A stretch of 64,000 nt of DNA from an uncultured Eubacteriales bacterium (GTDB lineage: Bacteria; Acidobacteriota; Aminicenantia; Aminicenantales; UBA8522), in NCBI GenBank assembly GCA_964445305.1, contig CAYUKK010000020.1, positions 6,352-70,351 of the forward strand, given 5' to 3'. The notes under the pieces are model-generated. The model made no database searches and was not told where the DNA came from. It worked only from the letters and a program-made list of their open reading frames with translations. Of this stretch, positions 53,876 through 63,971 are shown in pieces (position 1 is the first letter of the stretch; every line of letters starts with the position of its first letter). A program made the position numbers and the translations under genes.

Positions 53876-54485
53876 GTTAGCTTTGCCCAAACCTCAAGGC
53901 TACGTTCTGCTCATGCTGCTTCTCCTTGTTACCATCTTGAGCATCGGCCTGATGGTGGCTGTTCCGGTCTGGCAAACCCAAATTCAAAGAGAAAAAGAAG
54001 AAGAGCTCATTTTCCGCGGAAAACAGTATGTCGAGGCCATCCGCATCTACCAGCTGAAACATCCGGGTCGCTTTCCCACTCAACTGAAAGAGCTCCTCGA
54101 CGAAAAGTGCATTCGGCGCCTCTATCGGGACCCGATGACTTCCCATGGGCAATGGAACCTTGTCCTTCTCCAATCAGGCGTCGGGGCTCAGAGGCCCCAA
54201 GCCCGAGCGGCTGTCCCGTCAAGCCCCATGCCCCCCGTTTCCCGCCGCGAGGCTCGCGGCCAAGCGCAGACCTTTTCGCCCCAGAGAGTCCTCATCGTTG
54301 CCGAGAAAGCTCTGAGCTCAATCAAGGACGCGCAAATTCTCGGGGTGGTGAGCTCCTCCTCGCAAAAATCGATCCGCCGTTACAACGACGAGGAGAGCTA
54401 CGATAAATGGCTTTTTTATTATGGTCAGGACCAGCAACGAAAGCCAGAAATAATCTTTCCTACCCAAACCCCCAAATCTCCATGA
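53850..54485 (+). CDS. Pseudopilin-like protein (paralog 3, degenerate prepilin motif); start uncertain
   Basis: The hydrophobic N-terminus QGYVLLMLLLLVTILSIGLMVAVPV lacks the canonical G-F-T-L-x-E. The DPMT tail is conserved (RRLYRDPMTSHGQW). The 5' end overlaps the stop region of paralog 2, so the true start may be a downstream TTG/ATG near 53885-53910. Confidence 0.45.
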   Translation: MARHTTHGRLALPKPQGYVLLMLLLLVTILSIGLMVAVPVWQTQIQREKEEELIFRGKQYVEAIRIYQLKHPGRFPTQLKELLDEKCIRRLYRDPMTSHGQWNLVLLQSGVGAQRPQARAAVPSSPMPPVSRREARGQAQTFSPQRVLIVAEKALSSIKDAQILGVVSSSSQKSIRRYNDEESYDKWLFYYGQDQQRKPEIIFPTQTPKSP

Positions 54486-55621
54486 ACACGGTCCTCATCG
54501 TGGCCGGCGAAAACTCGGGCGAAAAATACGGGGCCGATGTCGTGCGGGAATTCCGCAGGATTTATCCCCACTTCTCCTTCTTCGGCATCGGCGGGAAGGC
54601 CATGGCCGCTGAAGGAGTTGACCTCCTCTTCCCCATCGAGGCTCTCAGCGGCATCGGCGTTTTTGAGGTCATCTCCGCCCTCCCCCGCATCCATCGCATC
54701 TTCAGGCGCATCGACCGGGAAGTCGATTCGAGAAAGCCGCGGGCGGCCATCCTCATCGACTGCCCTGACTTCAACCTTCGCTTGGCCAAGAGGCTAAAGC
54801 GGCGGGGTGTCCCCGTTCTTTATTATATCGGTCCGACAGTGTGGGCTTGGCGGAAACAAAGGTTGAAGACGATCAAGAAGGCAGTGGCCAAGATGCTCTT
54901 GATTTTCCCGTTCGAAAAACCCCTCTACGACGCCCAGGGGATTCCTGCTGTTTTCGTCGGACACCCCCTCAAGCAAAAAGTTAGGGTGGAGGCGAGTCGG
55001 TCCGCTTTCTGGCAAAAATATTCCCTTCCGCCCAACATGCCTCTCGTCTCGCTTCTTCCGGGCAGTCGGCAGACCGAAATGCTGAACCACTGGCCAGTCC
55101 TGCGTCAGGCTATGGACCGGATACGGTCAGAAATCCCCGTCGTTTTTCTCTGGGTGGTAGCGGAAAGCCTGGACAGCCGGTGGGTCGATCAGCTCCGCCA
55201 ATGCATCGACACTCAAGACAGAGTATTAATTGAAGACCGGTATGAAGCCATGGCTTATTCGGACTTGGTCCTTTCCGCCTGCGGCACAGCCAACCTCGAG
55301 GCGGCGTTGTTAGGAACGCCGCTTATCGCTTTCTACCGTCTTTCTCCTCTCACCTATTATCCCTTTCGGCCATTGGTAAAAATTCAAGATTTTAGCATCG
55401 TTAATATCCTGGCTCAAAAGCGCATCATCCCCGAGCTCATCCAGCGCCAGTTCAACCCGGACCGCCTGGCCCGAGAAGCAGTCGAGCTTCTCCGCTCTAA
55501 CGAAAGAAAAGCCAAGATGAAAGCAGAACTGGCAGGACTCGACAGATTACTGAGCGATGAAAATGCCGCAGCTAATGTGGCCAGCGAACTCGGAAAGCTC
55601 CTCGCTGGGCGGGGGTTCTAA
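54482..55621 (+). CDS. lpxB: Lipid-A-disaccharide synthase
   Basis: N-terminus MNTVLIVAGENSGEKYGADVV...FFGIGGKAMAAEGV is the LpxB signature. GT-B fold, 379 aa. ATGA overlap with the upstream gene. Confidence 0.8.
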   Translation: MNTVLIVAGENSGEKYGADVVREFRRIYPHFSFFGIGGKAMAAEGVDLLFPIEALSGIGVFEVISALPRIHRIFRRIDREVDSRKPRAAILIDCPDFNLRLAKRLKRRGVPVLYYIGPTVWAWRKQRLKTIKKAVAKMLLIFPFEKPLYDAQGIPAVFVGHPLKQKVRVEASRSAFWQKYSLPPNMPLVSLLPGSRQTEMLNHWPVLRQAMDRIRSEIPVVFLWVVAESLDSRWVDQLRQCIDTQDRVLIEDRYEAMAYSDLVLSACGTANLEAALLGTPLIAFYRLSPLTYYPFRPLVKIQDFSIVNILAQKRIIPELIQRQFNPDRLAREAVELLRSNERKAKMKAELAGLDRLLSDENAAANVASELGKLLAGRGF

Positions 55622-57498
55622 AGCGCCTCCAGAACCTGAAGAGCCAAGTCGATCCGGCCGAGCGGCGGGCTCACCTGAACTCCCTGGACCAAGTCCTTGA
55701 TGTCCACGAGGATTTCTCGAGCAATCCTCACTCCCTCTTGCCTGGCTTTTTCCGGCCCAGCTTCCTGGGCCCGTCGCATTCTGTCCATAATTCCTTCTGG
55801 AACGGCACAACCGGGCATCTCGTGGTGCACGAACTCAGCGTTTCGGAGGCTCGACAGGGGCCAGATTCCCGCCAGGACAGGAATGCGGCAATGAGTAACT
55901 CTCTTCAGGAAATTCTCAAGAAGGCGGACATCGAAAACAGGCTGGGTAATGGCAAACTCTGCTCCCGCGTCCACCTTCCACTCGAAGCGAGAGATTTCAT
56001 AATCAAGGTTGATCGCCCCTGGATTAGCGCCAACGCCGATAAAAAAACCGGTTGGCCGGTCAAGCAACTTGCCGCCGATGTCAAGCCCTCGGTTGAGCGA
56101 GCTGACGACATTGGTCAGACCAATCGAATCGACGTCGAATACCGCCGTCGCATCCGGATAGTCGCCGAGCTTGGGAGGGTCGCCGGTAATGAGAAGAAGG
56201 TTGCGAATCCCCTGCGCATAAAGCCCGAGCAAATCCGACTGCATGCCGAGAAGGTTTCTATCCCGACAGGTGTAATGGAGGAGCACCTCGCACCTCGCCT
56301 GCCTGGTCAGGATAACCGCCAGGGCCAGGGAACTCATCCGGGCGCTCGCCCGCGGCCCGTCCGGAATGTTGACGCAATCCACTCCCGCTTGCTTCAGCTT
56401 AAGGGCCGCTGCCACGGCAGCCGATGCGTCGATTCCCCGCGGCGGGAGGATCTCGACGCAAGTGACAAATTGGCCGTCCTCGATTCTGCGAGCCAGGCCG
56501 GATTTAGCCCGGCGCGGAACCATCTTTACCTCTCGCTTTTTCTCTTCCGCCAGAGAAACACTGATCGCTCGGCGCCGCGGCGGCTGGAGAGCCCGGATGG
56601 CTCGCGAAATGGCCTTGATATGAGCGGGTGTCGTGCCGCAACAACCCCCGATGAGCTTGACCCCGACTTGGATAAAACGCTTGGCATACTCGGCCAGGTA
56701 ATCAGGGGAACAAAGATAAATGTTCCGTCCCTCGACTTCGCGCGGGATGCCCGCATTGGGCATAGCCGAAAGCGGCAGCTTGGTCAGGCGAGCCATTCGC
56801 TCAATGCACTGGAGCATGGCCGCCGGGCCGACGCTGCAATTTACGCCGACAACATCAGCCCCCCATTCCTCGAGCTTTTTCGTGAAGACCTCGGGCGTTG
56901 TGCCGTAGAGGCTGTTGCCGTCTTCCGTGATGGTCATCTCCGCGACCAGAGGAATGTTCCCGCCAATCCGACGGACGGCCTTGATCGCCTGGTGAATCTC
57001 GTTGATGTCGGAGAACGTCTCCAGGATGAAAAGGTCAACGCCACCCTCGAGGAGGGCCTCCGCCTGCTCAAGGAAAGCCTGCTCGGCTTCCTCCACGGCC
57101 GTGGGTCCCCAGGGTTCAATCTTTATCCCCAGAGGCCCGATGGAGCCGGCCACAAAAATCTCCGGGCCCGCTTCTTCCCGAACGATCTTAGCGCCGGCGC
57201 GGTTGATGTCCCGGACCTTGTCATCCAGGCCAAATTTCTTGAGCTTATAACGGTTCGCACCGAAGGTGTTCGTCTCGATGACCTCGGCTCCGCTCTCGAT
57301 GTATTCGCGATGGACTTCCCTGACGAGGGCCGGGTTGGTCAGGTTAAGCTCATCGAAGCAGGTGTGGAGGTAAACTCCTTTGCTGTAAAGCATTGTTCCC
57401 ATTCCACCATCGCCGAGAAGGACACGCGTTTGGACAAGGTCAAGGAATTGGCTCTCTATTTTTTTTCTCCCTTCCCGCTCCATTTTCAGTGCGGCCAT
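55618..57498 (-). CDS. Bifunctional homocysteine S-methyltransferase / 5,10-methylenetetrahydrofolate reductase (YitJ-like)
   Basis: N-terminal Hcy-binding domain (LLGDGGMGTMLYSKGV, the zinc site GGCCGTTPAHIKAI) followed by an MTHFR domain (VEILPPRG, LLHYTCRDRN, ITGDPPKLGDYPDA). Start at the ATG 10 nt after GGTGGAGG. Confidence 0.75.
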   Translation of the reverse strand: MAALKMEREGRKKIESQFLDLVQTRVLLGDGGMGTMLYSKGVYLHTCFDELNLTNPALVREVHREYIESGAEVIETNTFGANRYKLKKFGLDDKVRDINRAGAKIVREEAGPEIFVAGSIGPLGIKIEPWGPTAVEEAEQAFLEQAEALLEGGVDLFILETFSDINEIHQAIKAVRRIGGNIPLVAEMTITEDGNSLYGTTPEVFTKKLEEWGADVVGVNCSVGPAAMLQCIERMARLTKLPLSAMPNAGIPREVEGRNIYLCSPDYLAEYAKRFIQVGVKLIGGCCGTTPAHIKAISRAIRALQPPRRRAISVSLAEEKKREVKMVPRRAKSGLARRIEDGQFVTCVEILPPRGIDASAAVAAALKLKQAGVDCVNIPDGPRASARMSSLALAVILTRQARCEVLLHYTCRDRNLLGMQSDLLGLYAQGIRNLLLITGDPPKLGDYPDATAVFDVDSIGLTNVVSSLNRGLDIGGKLLDRPTGFFIGVGANPGAINLDYEISRFEWKVDAGAEFAITQPVFDVRLLENFLKRVTHCRIPVLAGIWPLSSLRNAEFVHHEMPGCAVPEGIMDRMRRAQEAGPEKARQEGVRIAREILVDIKDLVQGVQVSPPLGRIDLALQVLEAL

Positions 57499-57640
57499 TA
57501 TAATCTCGCCTCCACCTGCTGTCAACGAACGAGGGCACCGCCTCGAATTCCGATATCAACACTCGAGGGGGGTCCTCCTGTCATCACTTAGCGTGGGGGC
57601 CCCTCTCGCGGTTGATTCTTTTATTGCCCGGATGTCGCCA

Positions 57641-58093
57641 TCAGATGAGCTTCGGAGGAAGGATGAATTCGAGCTTATCGTAGAGCCGGAGGCCGTGCCT
57701 CTTTACCCAGCCGGCTCGCAACTCGAGCACGTACTGGGCCGCTTGCGATGGCCCATAAGAAGGACAGGGGTCGCCGGGACAGGGCGGAACTTCGGCCTCG
57801 ATGTGGACAATCCTCCGGTCTTTATCCAACCAGAGGATGTCGATGGAGAATTTCATGTTCTTCATCCAGAAAGGATAGATGCCTTCGGTCTCAAAAATAA
57901 AAAGCATCGCCTGGTCTTCAGAAAGGTTGTCCCGAAACATCAATCCCCGTTGCCTCTGGGCTTCGGTCACGGCCAGTTCAGCCACAACTTCATGCCCTTG
58001 CGGGAAAAAAACCCGGACAAATTCATTTTTTCCTGCCTGCTGCGGGCAAATCAAGCTCATGACCAGAATGGTTAAAAAAAGTTGCCTCTTCAT
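57641..58093 (-). CDS. DUF192 domain protein (secreted)
   Basis: Signal peptide plus DUF192 hallmarks (EAQRQRGLMFR, QAMLFIFE, FWMKNMKFSIDILWLDKDRRIV). Confidence 0.65.
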   Translation of the reverse strand: MKRQLFLTILVMSLICPQQAGKNEFVRVFFPQGHEVVAELAVTEAQRQRGLMFRDNLSEDQAMLFIFETEGIYPFWMKNMKFSIDILWLDKDRRIVHIEAEVPPCPGDPCPSYGPSQAAQYVLELRAGWVKRHGLRLYDKLEFILPPKLI

Positions 58094-58135
58094 TTTTTTC
58101 TCCTCTTCCGCCGGCAGGCTCTCACCCCATATGCG

Positions 58136-58777
58136 TCAATGTGTCGACACCAATGGCACGAAGCGAACCGGGAGGAGTTTCTTCTTCTTGAATTCTTTCT
58201 TGTCCCGGGTGATAAGGACGAGGTCCTGAAAGCCAGCTCCTACAGGGATGATCATTCTCCCAGAGATTTTGAGTTGCTCCTGGAGTTTTTTGGGCACAGA
58301 AGTTGGTGCTGCCGTAACCATGATGGCATCGAAGGGCGCGTATTCTGGCCAACCGAAAGTTCCATCTCCTATTTTGAAATGAATGTTGGTGTAGCCCAGC
58401 TTCTGAAGAACTTCCTGGGCGCGCCGGGACAACTTGTCGATGAGCTCAATCGTATAGACCTCCTTGGTTACCTCAGCCAGGACCGCCGTTTGATAGCCCG
58501 AACCGGTGCCGACTTCGAGAACCACTTCCCCCCCTTCGAGCTCGAGCGCTTCTGTCATGTAAGCGACAATATAAGGCTGAGAAATCGTCTGCCCCTCCCC
58601 GATGGGAAGAGGCTCGTCATCGTAGGCATAGGGTCTCATCTCCTCGGGCACAAAGAGATGCCGAGGCACCTTGCCCATGACCTCGAGGACCCTGGGATTG
58701 TGAATCCCCCGCGCCCGGAGCTGGGTTTCGACCATGCTCCGCCTTGCCCTGACATACTCTTCTTCCTTTTCCGACAC
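58136..58777 (-). CDS. pcm: Protein-L-isoaspartate O-methyltransferase
   Basis: QTISQPYIVAYMTE and the SAM-binding VLEVGTGSGYQTAVLA motif. 213 aa. Confidence 0.85.
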   Translation of the reverse strand: MSEKEEEYVRARRSMVETQLRARGIHNPRVLEVMGKVPRHLFVPEEMRPYAYDDEPLPIGEGQTISQPYIVAYMTEALELEGGEVVLEVGTGSGYQTAVLAEVTKEVYTIELIDKLSRRAQEVLQKLGYTNIHFKIGDGTFGWPEYAPFDAIMVTAAPTSVPKKLQEQLKISGRMIIPVGAGFQDLVLITRDKKEFKKKKLLPVRFVPLVSTH

Positions 58778-58877
58778 CGAAGATCAAACCCCCGCTTTTT
58801 TCTTTTACCTCCCTTGCTTGAGCCTTCTTTCCATCGCCCTCCGTCAGGCTGATTCTCTGAATCAGAAAGGCCTGAAA

Positions 58878-60344
58878 TCAGTAAGCTCGGGCAAAAAAGA
58901 CCAGCTCCTGTCCTCTTCTCTGGCAGCAAACACATGGCCTCACTGGCTCTTCCTTATCGCGATCCAACGGGATGACGCGAACCGAGGCCATGGTCTCTTC
59001 CTTGATCTTGTCCTCGCATGACTCCTGGCCACACCACCAGGCTTTGATAAACCCTCGTCGGTTTTCGAGAATCTCCTTGAACTCCTCATAGGTAACTACG
59101 GAGTGAGTATTCTGGCGCTGGAATTCAAGAGCTTGCTTGAACAGGCCAGCTTGGATATCAGCCAGGAGCTCGGGAACCTTTTGGGCTAAGGATTCCAGGC
59201 TCAGCGAATCTTTAGCTAAGGTATCCCGGCGCACGGCGATGCATCGATTCTCCTTCACATCCCGGGGACCAACTTCAAGCCGAAGCGGCACGCCGCGCAT
59301 TTCCCATTCGGAAAACTTCCAGCCCGGAGTGAACTCCTCTCGCCAATCGAGGTGCACGCGCCAGCCAAGCTGGCTTAGCTCGCGCCGGATATTCTCGCAC
59401 ACGGGGAGGACATTCTCCTTCCAATTGCCCAGGGCTATGGGGATAATAATGACCTGGATAGGAGCTACCTGAGGCGGAAAGCGAAGCCCCGAATCATCGC
59501 CATGACTCATGACCAGGGCGCCAATCAAGCGCGTCGATACCCCCCATGACGTCTGCCAGACATACTGAAGCTTTTGCTCCCGGTCCTCAAAGCGGATGTT
59601 GAAAACCTTCGAGAAATGCTGGCCGAGGTTATGGGATGTTCCCATCTGCAAAGCTTTACCATCGGACATGAGAGCCTCGATGGAATAAGTCTCCTCAGCG
59701 CCGGCGAACTTTTCGCGTGACGTCTTCTTACCCTCAATGACGGGGATGGCCAGCTCTTGCTCGCAAAATTCCTTATACAAATAAAGAATCTTGAGCGTTT
59801 CGGCCCGCGCTTCCTCGGCCGTTTCATGGGCCGTGTGACCTTCTTGCCATAAGAACTCGGTCGTCCGCAGGAAGGGGCGGGTGACCTTCTCCCAGCGGAC
59901 GATATTGGCCCACTGGTTGATCAAGATGGGCAAATCTCGCCAGGATTGTATCCACTTGGCATACATCGAGCCGATAATGGCCTCGGAAGTGGGCCGGACA
60001 GCCAGCCTTTCTTCCAGCTCTTCCTGGCCACCGTGCGTCACCCAGGCAACCTCGGGCGCAAACCCTTTGAGGTGCTCCATTTCTTTTTTCAATAAACTCT
60101 CCGGAATAAAAAGGGGGAAGTAGGCGTTGACGTGACCGGATTCTCTAATCCGCTTGTCCATGAGCCGCTGGATATTCTCCCAAACAGCGTAACCATAAGG
60201 CCGAATGACCATCATCCCCTTCATCGGTGCATAGTCAGCCATTTCGGTCTTGCGAATAATCTCAACATACCAGCGCGAAAAATCCTCGCTCTTCGGCGTT
60301 ATTTTCTTAACCAAACGCTCTTCCTGGCTCACCGAACACTCCAC
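58878..60344 (-). CDS. proS: Proline--tRNA ligase, archaeal/eukaryotic-type
   Basis: The N-terminus (FSRWYVEIIRKTEMADYAPMKGMMVIRPYGYAVWENIQ), class II motifs and a C-terminal zinc-binding domain typical of the short archaeal-type ProRS. 488 aa. Confidence 0.85.
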   Translation of the reverse strand: MECSVSQEERLVKKITPKSEDFSRWYVEIIRKTEMADYAPMKGMMVIRPYGYAVWENIQRLMDKRIRESGHVNAYFPLFIPESLLKKEMEHLKGFAPEVAWVTHGGQEELEERLAVRPTSEAIIGSMYAKWIQSWRDLPILINQWANIVRWEKVTRPFLRTTEFLWQEGHTAHETAEEARAETLKILYLYKEFCEQELAIPVIEGKKTSREKFAGAEETYSIEALMSDGKALQMGTSHNLGQHFSKVFNIRFEDREQKLQYVWQTSWGVSTRLIGALVMSHGDDSGLRFPPQVAPIQVIIIPIALGNWKENVLPVCENIRRELSQLGWRVHLDWREEFTPGWKFSEWEMRGVPLRLEVGPRDVKENRCIAVRRDTLAKDSLSLESLAQKVPELLADIQAGLFKQALEFQRQNTHSVVTYEEFKEILENRRGFIKAWWCGQESCEDKIKEETMASVRVIPLDRDKEEPVRPCVCCQRRGQELVFFARAY

Positions 60345-60557
60345 GATTTTTTTTGGCGCTTTTTATCCTAATGACCGCTTCTTTCTTTGTCAAGAAACAG
60401 AGAAAGTAGAAATCTTAAGGGCAGCTGCTCCCGGCCGCTCGATCTATCCCACCTAACGTTTTGCTGGTTCAAAAAACAGGCTTTCTGTTGTTGACACATG
60501 CTCACCCTGGGGCTAAAATGGCCGAAAGATGGATTAATCCTCCTGGAGCAGACCAAT

Positions 60558-62975
60558 ATGAGAATCTATGAAAAGCTCGGTCTTTTTTATCTTGGCAAGA
60601 TCGTCGACCCAGAAAGCCAATCGATAACCGAAAACTATCTCCTCTACGATTCCAAGGATTTAGTCACTCACGCGGTATGCGTGGGAATGACGGGAAGCGG
60701 CAAAACCGGCCTGTGTATCGGTCTTCTTGAGGAAGCAGCCATTGACCGTATCCCGGCCATCATCGTTGACCCCAAAGGGGACCTCGGCAACTTACGCCTT
60801 CTCTTCCCCGAACTGAAACCCGAGCATTTCCTTCCCTGGATTAATGAAGATGAGGCCGCCCGCCAGGGTCTCTCCCCTGAAGACTACGCCCGCCAGCAGG
60901 CGGAGCGCTGGAAGAGTGGTTTACTCGAATGGGAGCAGGACGAAAGCCGGATCTCCCGACTCCTCGAGGCGGTGGACATTCCCATCTTCACTCCAGGAAG
61001 CAAGTCCGGTCTTCCGCTATCTGTCCTCAAATCCTTTTCGGCGCCCGCGGCCGAACTCCTGGAGGACGTGGACTTGTTGCGTCAGCGCATTTCCACGGTT
61101 GTCTCCGGCCTCCTCGGACTCCTCGGCTTTCAAGTTGACCCCCTTCGGAGCCGCGAACACATCCTTCTCTCCAGCATCCTCGAAGCTTCGTGGATGGCCG
61201 GGGAAAGCTTGGACATTGCTGATTTGATCCAGAGAATCCAGTCCCCTCCTTTCCGCCGGGTTGGGGTTTTCGCGGTTGATGCTTTCTACCCGCCTGCCGA
61301 GCGCTACAAACTCGCCGTCCTCCTCAATAACCTCCTGGCTGCGCCGGCATTCTCTTCGTGGATGGAGGGACAGCCTTTGGCTATCGAGTCCCTCCTCTAC
61401 GCACCGGATGGAAAGCCGAGGCTGAGCATCATCTCCATTGCCCATCTCTCCGACGCCGAAAGAATGTTCTTCGTCACCCTGCTCCTCAACGAACTCCTTG
61501 GCTGGATGAGAAGACAGCCAGGAACATGGAGCCTGCGGGCTCTTTTCTACATGGATGAGATTTTTGGCTTTTTCCCCCCTGTTAGCGAACCCCCTTCCAA
61601 GAGGCCGCTCCTCAGTCTCCTGAAGCAAGCAAGAGCATTCGGTCTTGGGCTGGTGCTCACGACACAGAATCCTGTCGACCTGGATTACAAAGGTCTGGCC
61701 AACGCGGGCACATGGTTTATTGGACGCCTCCAAACCGAACAGGATAAGTCTCGGTTGCTGGACGGCCTTGCCGGCGTGGCCGGCCACATTGACCTCGGTC
61801 AGGTTTCGGATATCCTCAGTCGACTGAAAAAGCGCGTCTTCCTGATGCACAACGTCCACGAGGACAAGCCAGTCCTTCTCCATACGCGCTGGACACTCTC
61901 CTATCTCCGTGGTCCCCTGACCACGCAGCAAATCAAGAGGCTTGTGGAAGAGAAAAGAGTCCTTCCCGAAATGGCTCCGCCCGGTCCCCCGCAGCCAGCT
62001 GCCATGTTTGCCATCTCTGGTTTAGAAAAAGATTTGGCCCAGCGACCGCCCTTACCTCCCGGCGTTAACGAGCTTTTTTTCCCCGTGACAAGACAAGCTT
62101 CTTCTTCGGGCCGACTCGTCTACCACCCAACGATAGCCGCGTTCGCCCGGGCCGGCATATTTGACAATCGGCTCGGGGTCGCTGCCATGGAGAACGTTTC
62201 CCATGTCCTGGAAATGGGCGAGAACATGCTTGGTTTTCTCTGGGACAAAGCAAGCCGGTTGACGGCTGAACTTCAGCTTCTTTCCAAAGCGCCAGAAGAA
62301 CAGGCGACCTTCCGAGCTCTACCAGAGCGAGCCTTCCCATTCTTAAAGTCGGCCGGCCCTGCTTATGTCGACTTCTTGACCCGAAGCTTTCAGCTCGCCC
62401 TGTGGAAGAGCCCGACGCTCAATGTCATCTCGGCGCCCGGCGAGTCGGAGCGGGATTTCCGCATCCGCCTGAGCCAGCTCATTCGAGAGAGAAGGGACAG
62501 GGAGCTCGAACGGCTGCGCCAGAAATACGCTGTTCGAATAGCGGCTCTGGAAAAGCAACTTCTGGTCGCTCGGCAACGACTCGAGAGAGAACAAGAACAA
62601 TACAAAGAACAGATGACGCACACAGCGATCTCCATGGGGGCGACCATCCTTGGCGCTATCTTGGGTCGAAAAACTTCTCAAATCGGGCGAGCTACGACAA
62701 GCGCCCGGACAGCTAGCCGAGCCTATTATGAAAAAATGGATATCGAGCGAGCCCGGCAACAAGTCGAGGCGACCAAATCGCGTTTGAAGGAGCTCGAAGT
62801 AGAGCTGGAGCGAGAAGCCTCCCGCGTGAGGAGCGATTTGGAGGAAACAGCAGAGATTCTCCAACCCATCCTGCTGCGTCCAAAGAAAAAGGATATCGCC
62901 CTCGAATGGTCCGGACTCCTCTGGTTCCCTTTTTGGCACCTCGACGAAGGCGGCCAAGAGCCCGCCTTTCATTGA
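60558..62975 (+). CDS. HerA/FtsK-superfamily (DUF87/DUF853-like) P-loop ATPase with a long C-terminal coiled-coil tail
   Basis: Walker [19 protein letters not shown], Walker [12 protein letters not shown], and the HerA/FtsK-type motif [32 protein letters not shown]. The last 300 aa are Arg/Glu-rich heptad-like ([41 protein letters not shown]). Start at the ATG 10 nt after GGAG; the ORF track has a TTG at 60498. Confidence 0.6.
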   Translation: MRIYEKLGLFYLGKIVDPESQSITENYLLYDSKDLVTHAVCVGMTGSGKTGLCIGLLEEAAIDRIPAIIVDPKGDLGNLRLLFPELKPEHFLPWINEDEAARQGLSPEDYARQQAERWKSGLLEWEQDESRISRLLEAVDIPIFTPGSKSGLPLSVLKSFSAPAAELLEDVDLLRQRISTVVSGLLGLLGFQVDPLRSREHILLSSILEASWMAGESLDIADLIQRIQSPPFRRVGVFAVDAFYPPAERYKLAVLLNNLLAAPAFSSWMEGQPLAIESLLYAPDGKPRLSIISIAHLSDAERMFFVTLLLNELLGWMRRQPGTWSLRALFYMDEIFGFFPPVSEPPSKRPLLSLLKQARAFGLGLVLTTQNPVDLDYKGLANAGTWFIGRLQTEQDKSRLLDGLAGVAGHIDLGQVSDILSRLKKRVFLMHNVHEDKPVLLHTRWTLSYLRGPLTTQQIKRLVEEKRVLPEMAPPGPPQPAAMFAISGLEKDLAQRPPLPPGVNELFFPVTRQASSSGRLVYHPTIAAFARAGIFDNRLGVAAMENVSHVLEMGENMLGFLWDKASRLTAELQLLSKAPEEQATFRALPERAFPFLKSAGPAYVDFLTRSFQLALWKSPTLNVISAPGESERDFRIRLSQLIRERRDRELERLRQKYAVRIAALEKQLLVARQRLEREQEQYKEQMTHTAISMGATILGAILGRKTSQIGRATTSARTASRAYYEKMDIERARQQVEATKSRLKELEVELEREASRVRSDLEETAEILQPILLRPKKKDIALEWSGLLWFPFWHLDEGGQEPAFH

Positions 62976-63006
62976 CTATTTTCATTCCAACGAGAAAGGA
63001 GAGGCC

Positions 63007-63462
63007 ATGCTTAAAGAATTCAAGGAATTCGCGCTTCGGGGGAGCGTCATCGACATGGCTGTCGGGATCATCATCGGAGCTGCCTTTGGAGCCATTGTCA
63101 ACTCTCTCGTCGCCGACGTCATCATGCCGCCCATTGGGCTGGTCCTGGGGAAAGTGGATTTTTCCAACCTTTTTCTCGTGCTTAAACACGGCGCTCCGGG
63201 TGGACCCTATGCTTCCTTGGCAGCAGCGAAACAAGCAGGGGCGGTGACCCTGAACCTGGGAGTTTTTATCAACACCCTCGTCAGCTTTCTTATCATCGCC
63301 TTGGCGATTTTTCTCGTTGTTCGCCAGATCAACAGGCTGAGAAGGAAAGCCGAGGCTCCCGAAGCTCCTCCAGCGACAAAGACTTGTCCCTTCTGTTTCT
63401 CTTCCATCCCCGCGCCAGCCATCCGTTGTCCCTTCTGTACCTCCTCATTGGACAAAAGCTAA
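63007..63462 (+). CDS. mscL: Large-conductance mechanosensitive channel MscL with C-terminal CxxC-x10-CxxC zinc-ribbon tail
   Basis: [44 protein letters not shown] is the MscL TM1 signature, and TM2 is present. The C-terminus [23 protein letters not shown] replaces the usual helical bundle. Confidence 0.8.
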   Translation: MLKEFKEFALRGSVIDMAVGIIIGAAFGAIVNSLVADVIMPPIGLVLGKVDFSNLFLVLKHGAPGGPYASLAAAKQAGAVTLNLGVFINTLVSFLIIALAIFLVVRQINRLRRKAEAPEAPPATKTCPFCFSSIPAPAIRCPFCTSSLDKS

Positions 63463-63611
63463 AAATGGTTAATTATCGAGGGTGAGAGGGCGCCTGAGCA
63501 GGACTAAAAAATACCGCCGATAAATTCACCCCTTGTTTCATCCGTAGGGGTGATTGACGGCCTCTTGAGGGGATGGCATTTTAAGCTCTCCAATAAGGAA
63601 AAGGAAGCGTC

Positions 63612-63971
63612 ATGTTAAACAAAACTCCGCTCTTCAGCCTGGGGAGGCGCGAGAGCAAGGAACAGGTTTTCAACCTTCCCCTCCCCACTCTCGTCGAAGG
63701 TCGCAATGCCATTGGGAAATTATTTCGAGAAAAAACGGTCCTCTTCTACATCAGTCATCAGGGAGCTTCTTTCAACCTGAGCAACGTCATCACCTTGGGC
63801 TCGAAGCTCAAATTGATCATCGACCTTCCGCCGGGTCTGGCCGAGGATAAGAACCTCAAGCTGGTCATTCATGGCAAGGTCGCTTTGGTTGAAGCGAATA
63901 ACTCCCATCCGGGAAAGCAGAGAATTTCGATCAGGTTCGAGAACAAATATTTTATTAAAGAGGATGCCTGA
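63612..63971 (+). CDS. PilZ-like small protein (possible c-di-GMP receptor)
   Basis: 119 aa. N-terminal RRESKE (approximates the RxxxR motif) and ISHQGASF (approximates D/NxSxxG), separated as in PilZ domains. Beta-rich. Weak motif match only. Confidence 0.35.
   Translation: MLNKTPLFSLGRRESKEQVFNLPLPTLVEGRNAIGKLFREKTVLFYISHQGASFNLSNVITLGSKLKLIIDLPPGLAEDKNLKLVIHGKVALVEANNSHPGKQRISIRFENKYFIKEDA

Noticed and set aside
55738-57591. 617-aa plus-strand ORF
   Set aside because: Antisense to the homocysteine methyltransferase/MTHFR gene, which has strong motif support. The plus-strand product is Arg/Pro-rich with no recognisable fold.
58082-58852. 256-aa plus-strand ORF
   Set aside because: Antisense to pcm and the DUF192 gene. 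Arg-rich, low-complexity product.
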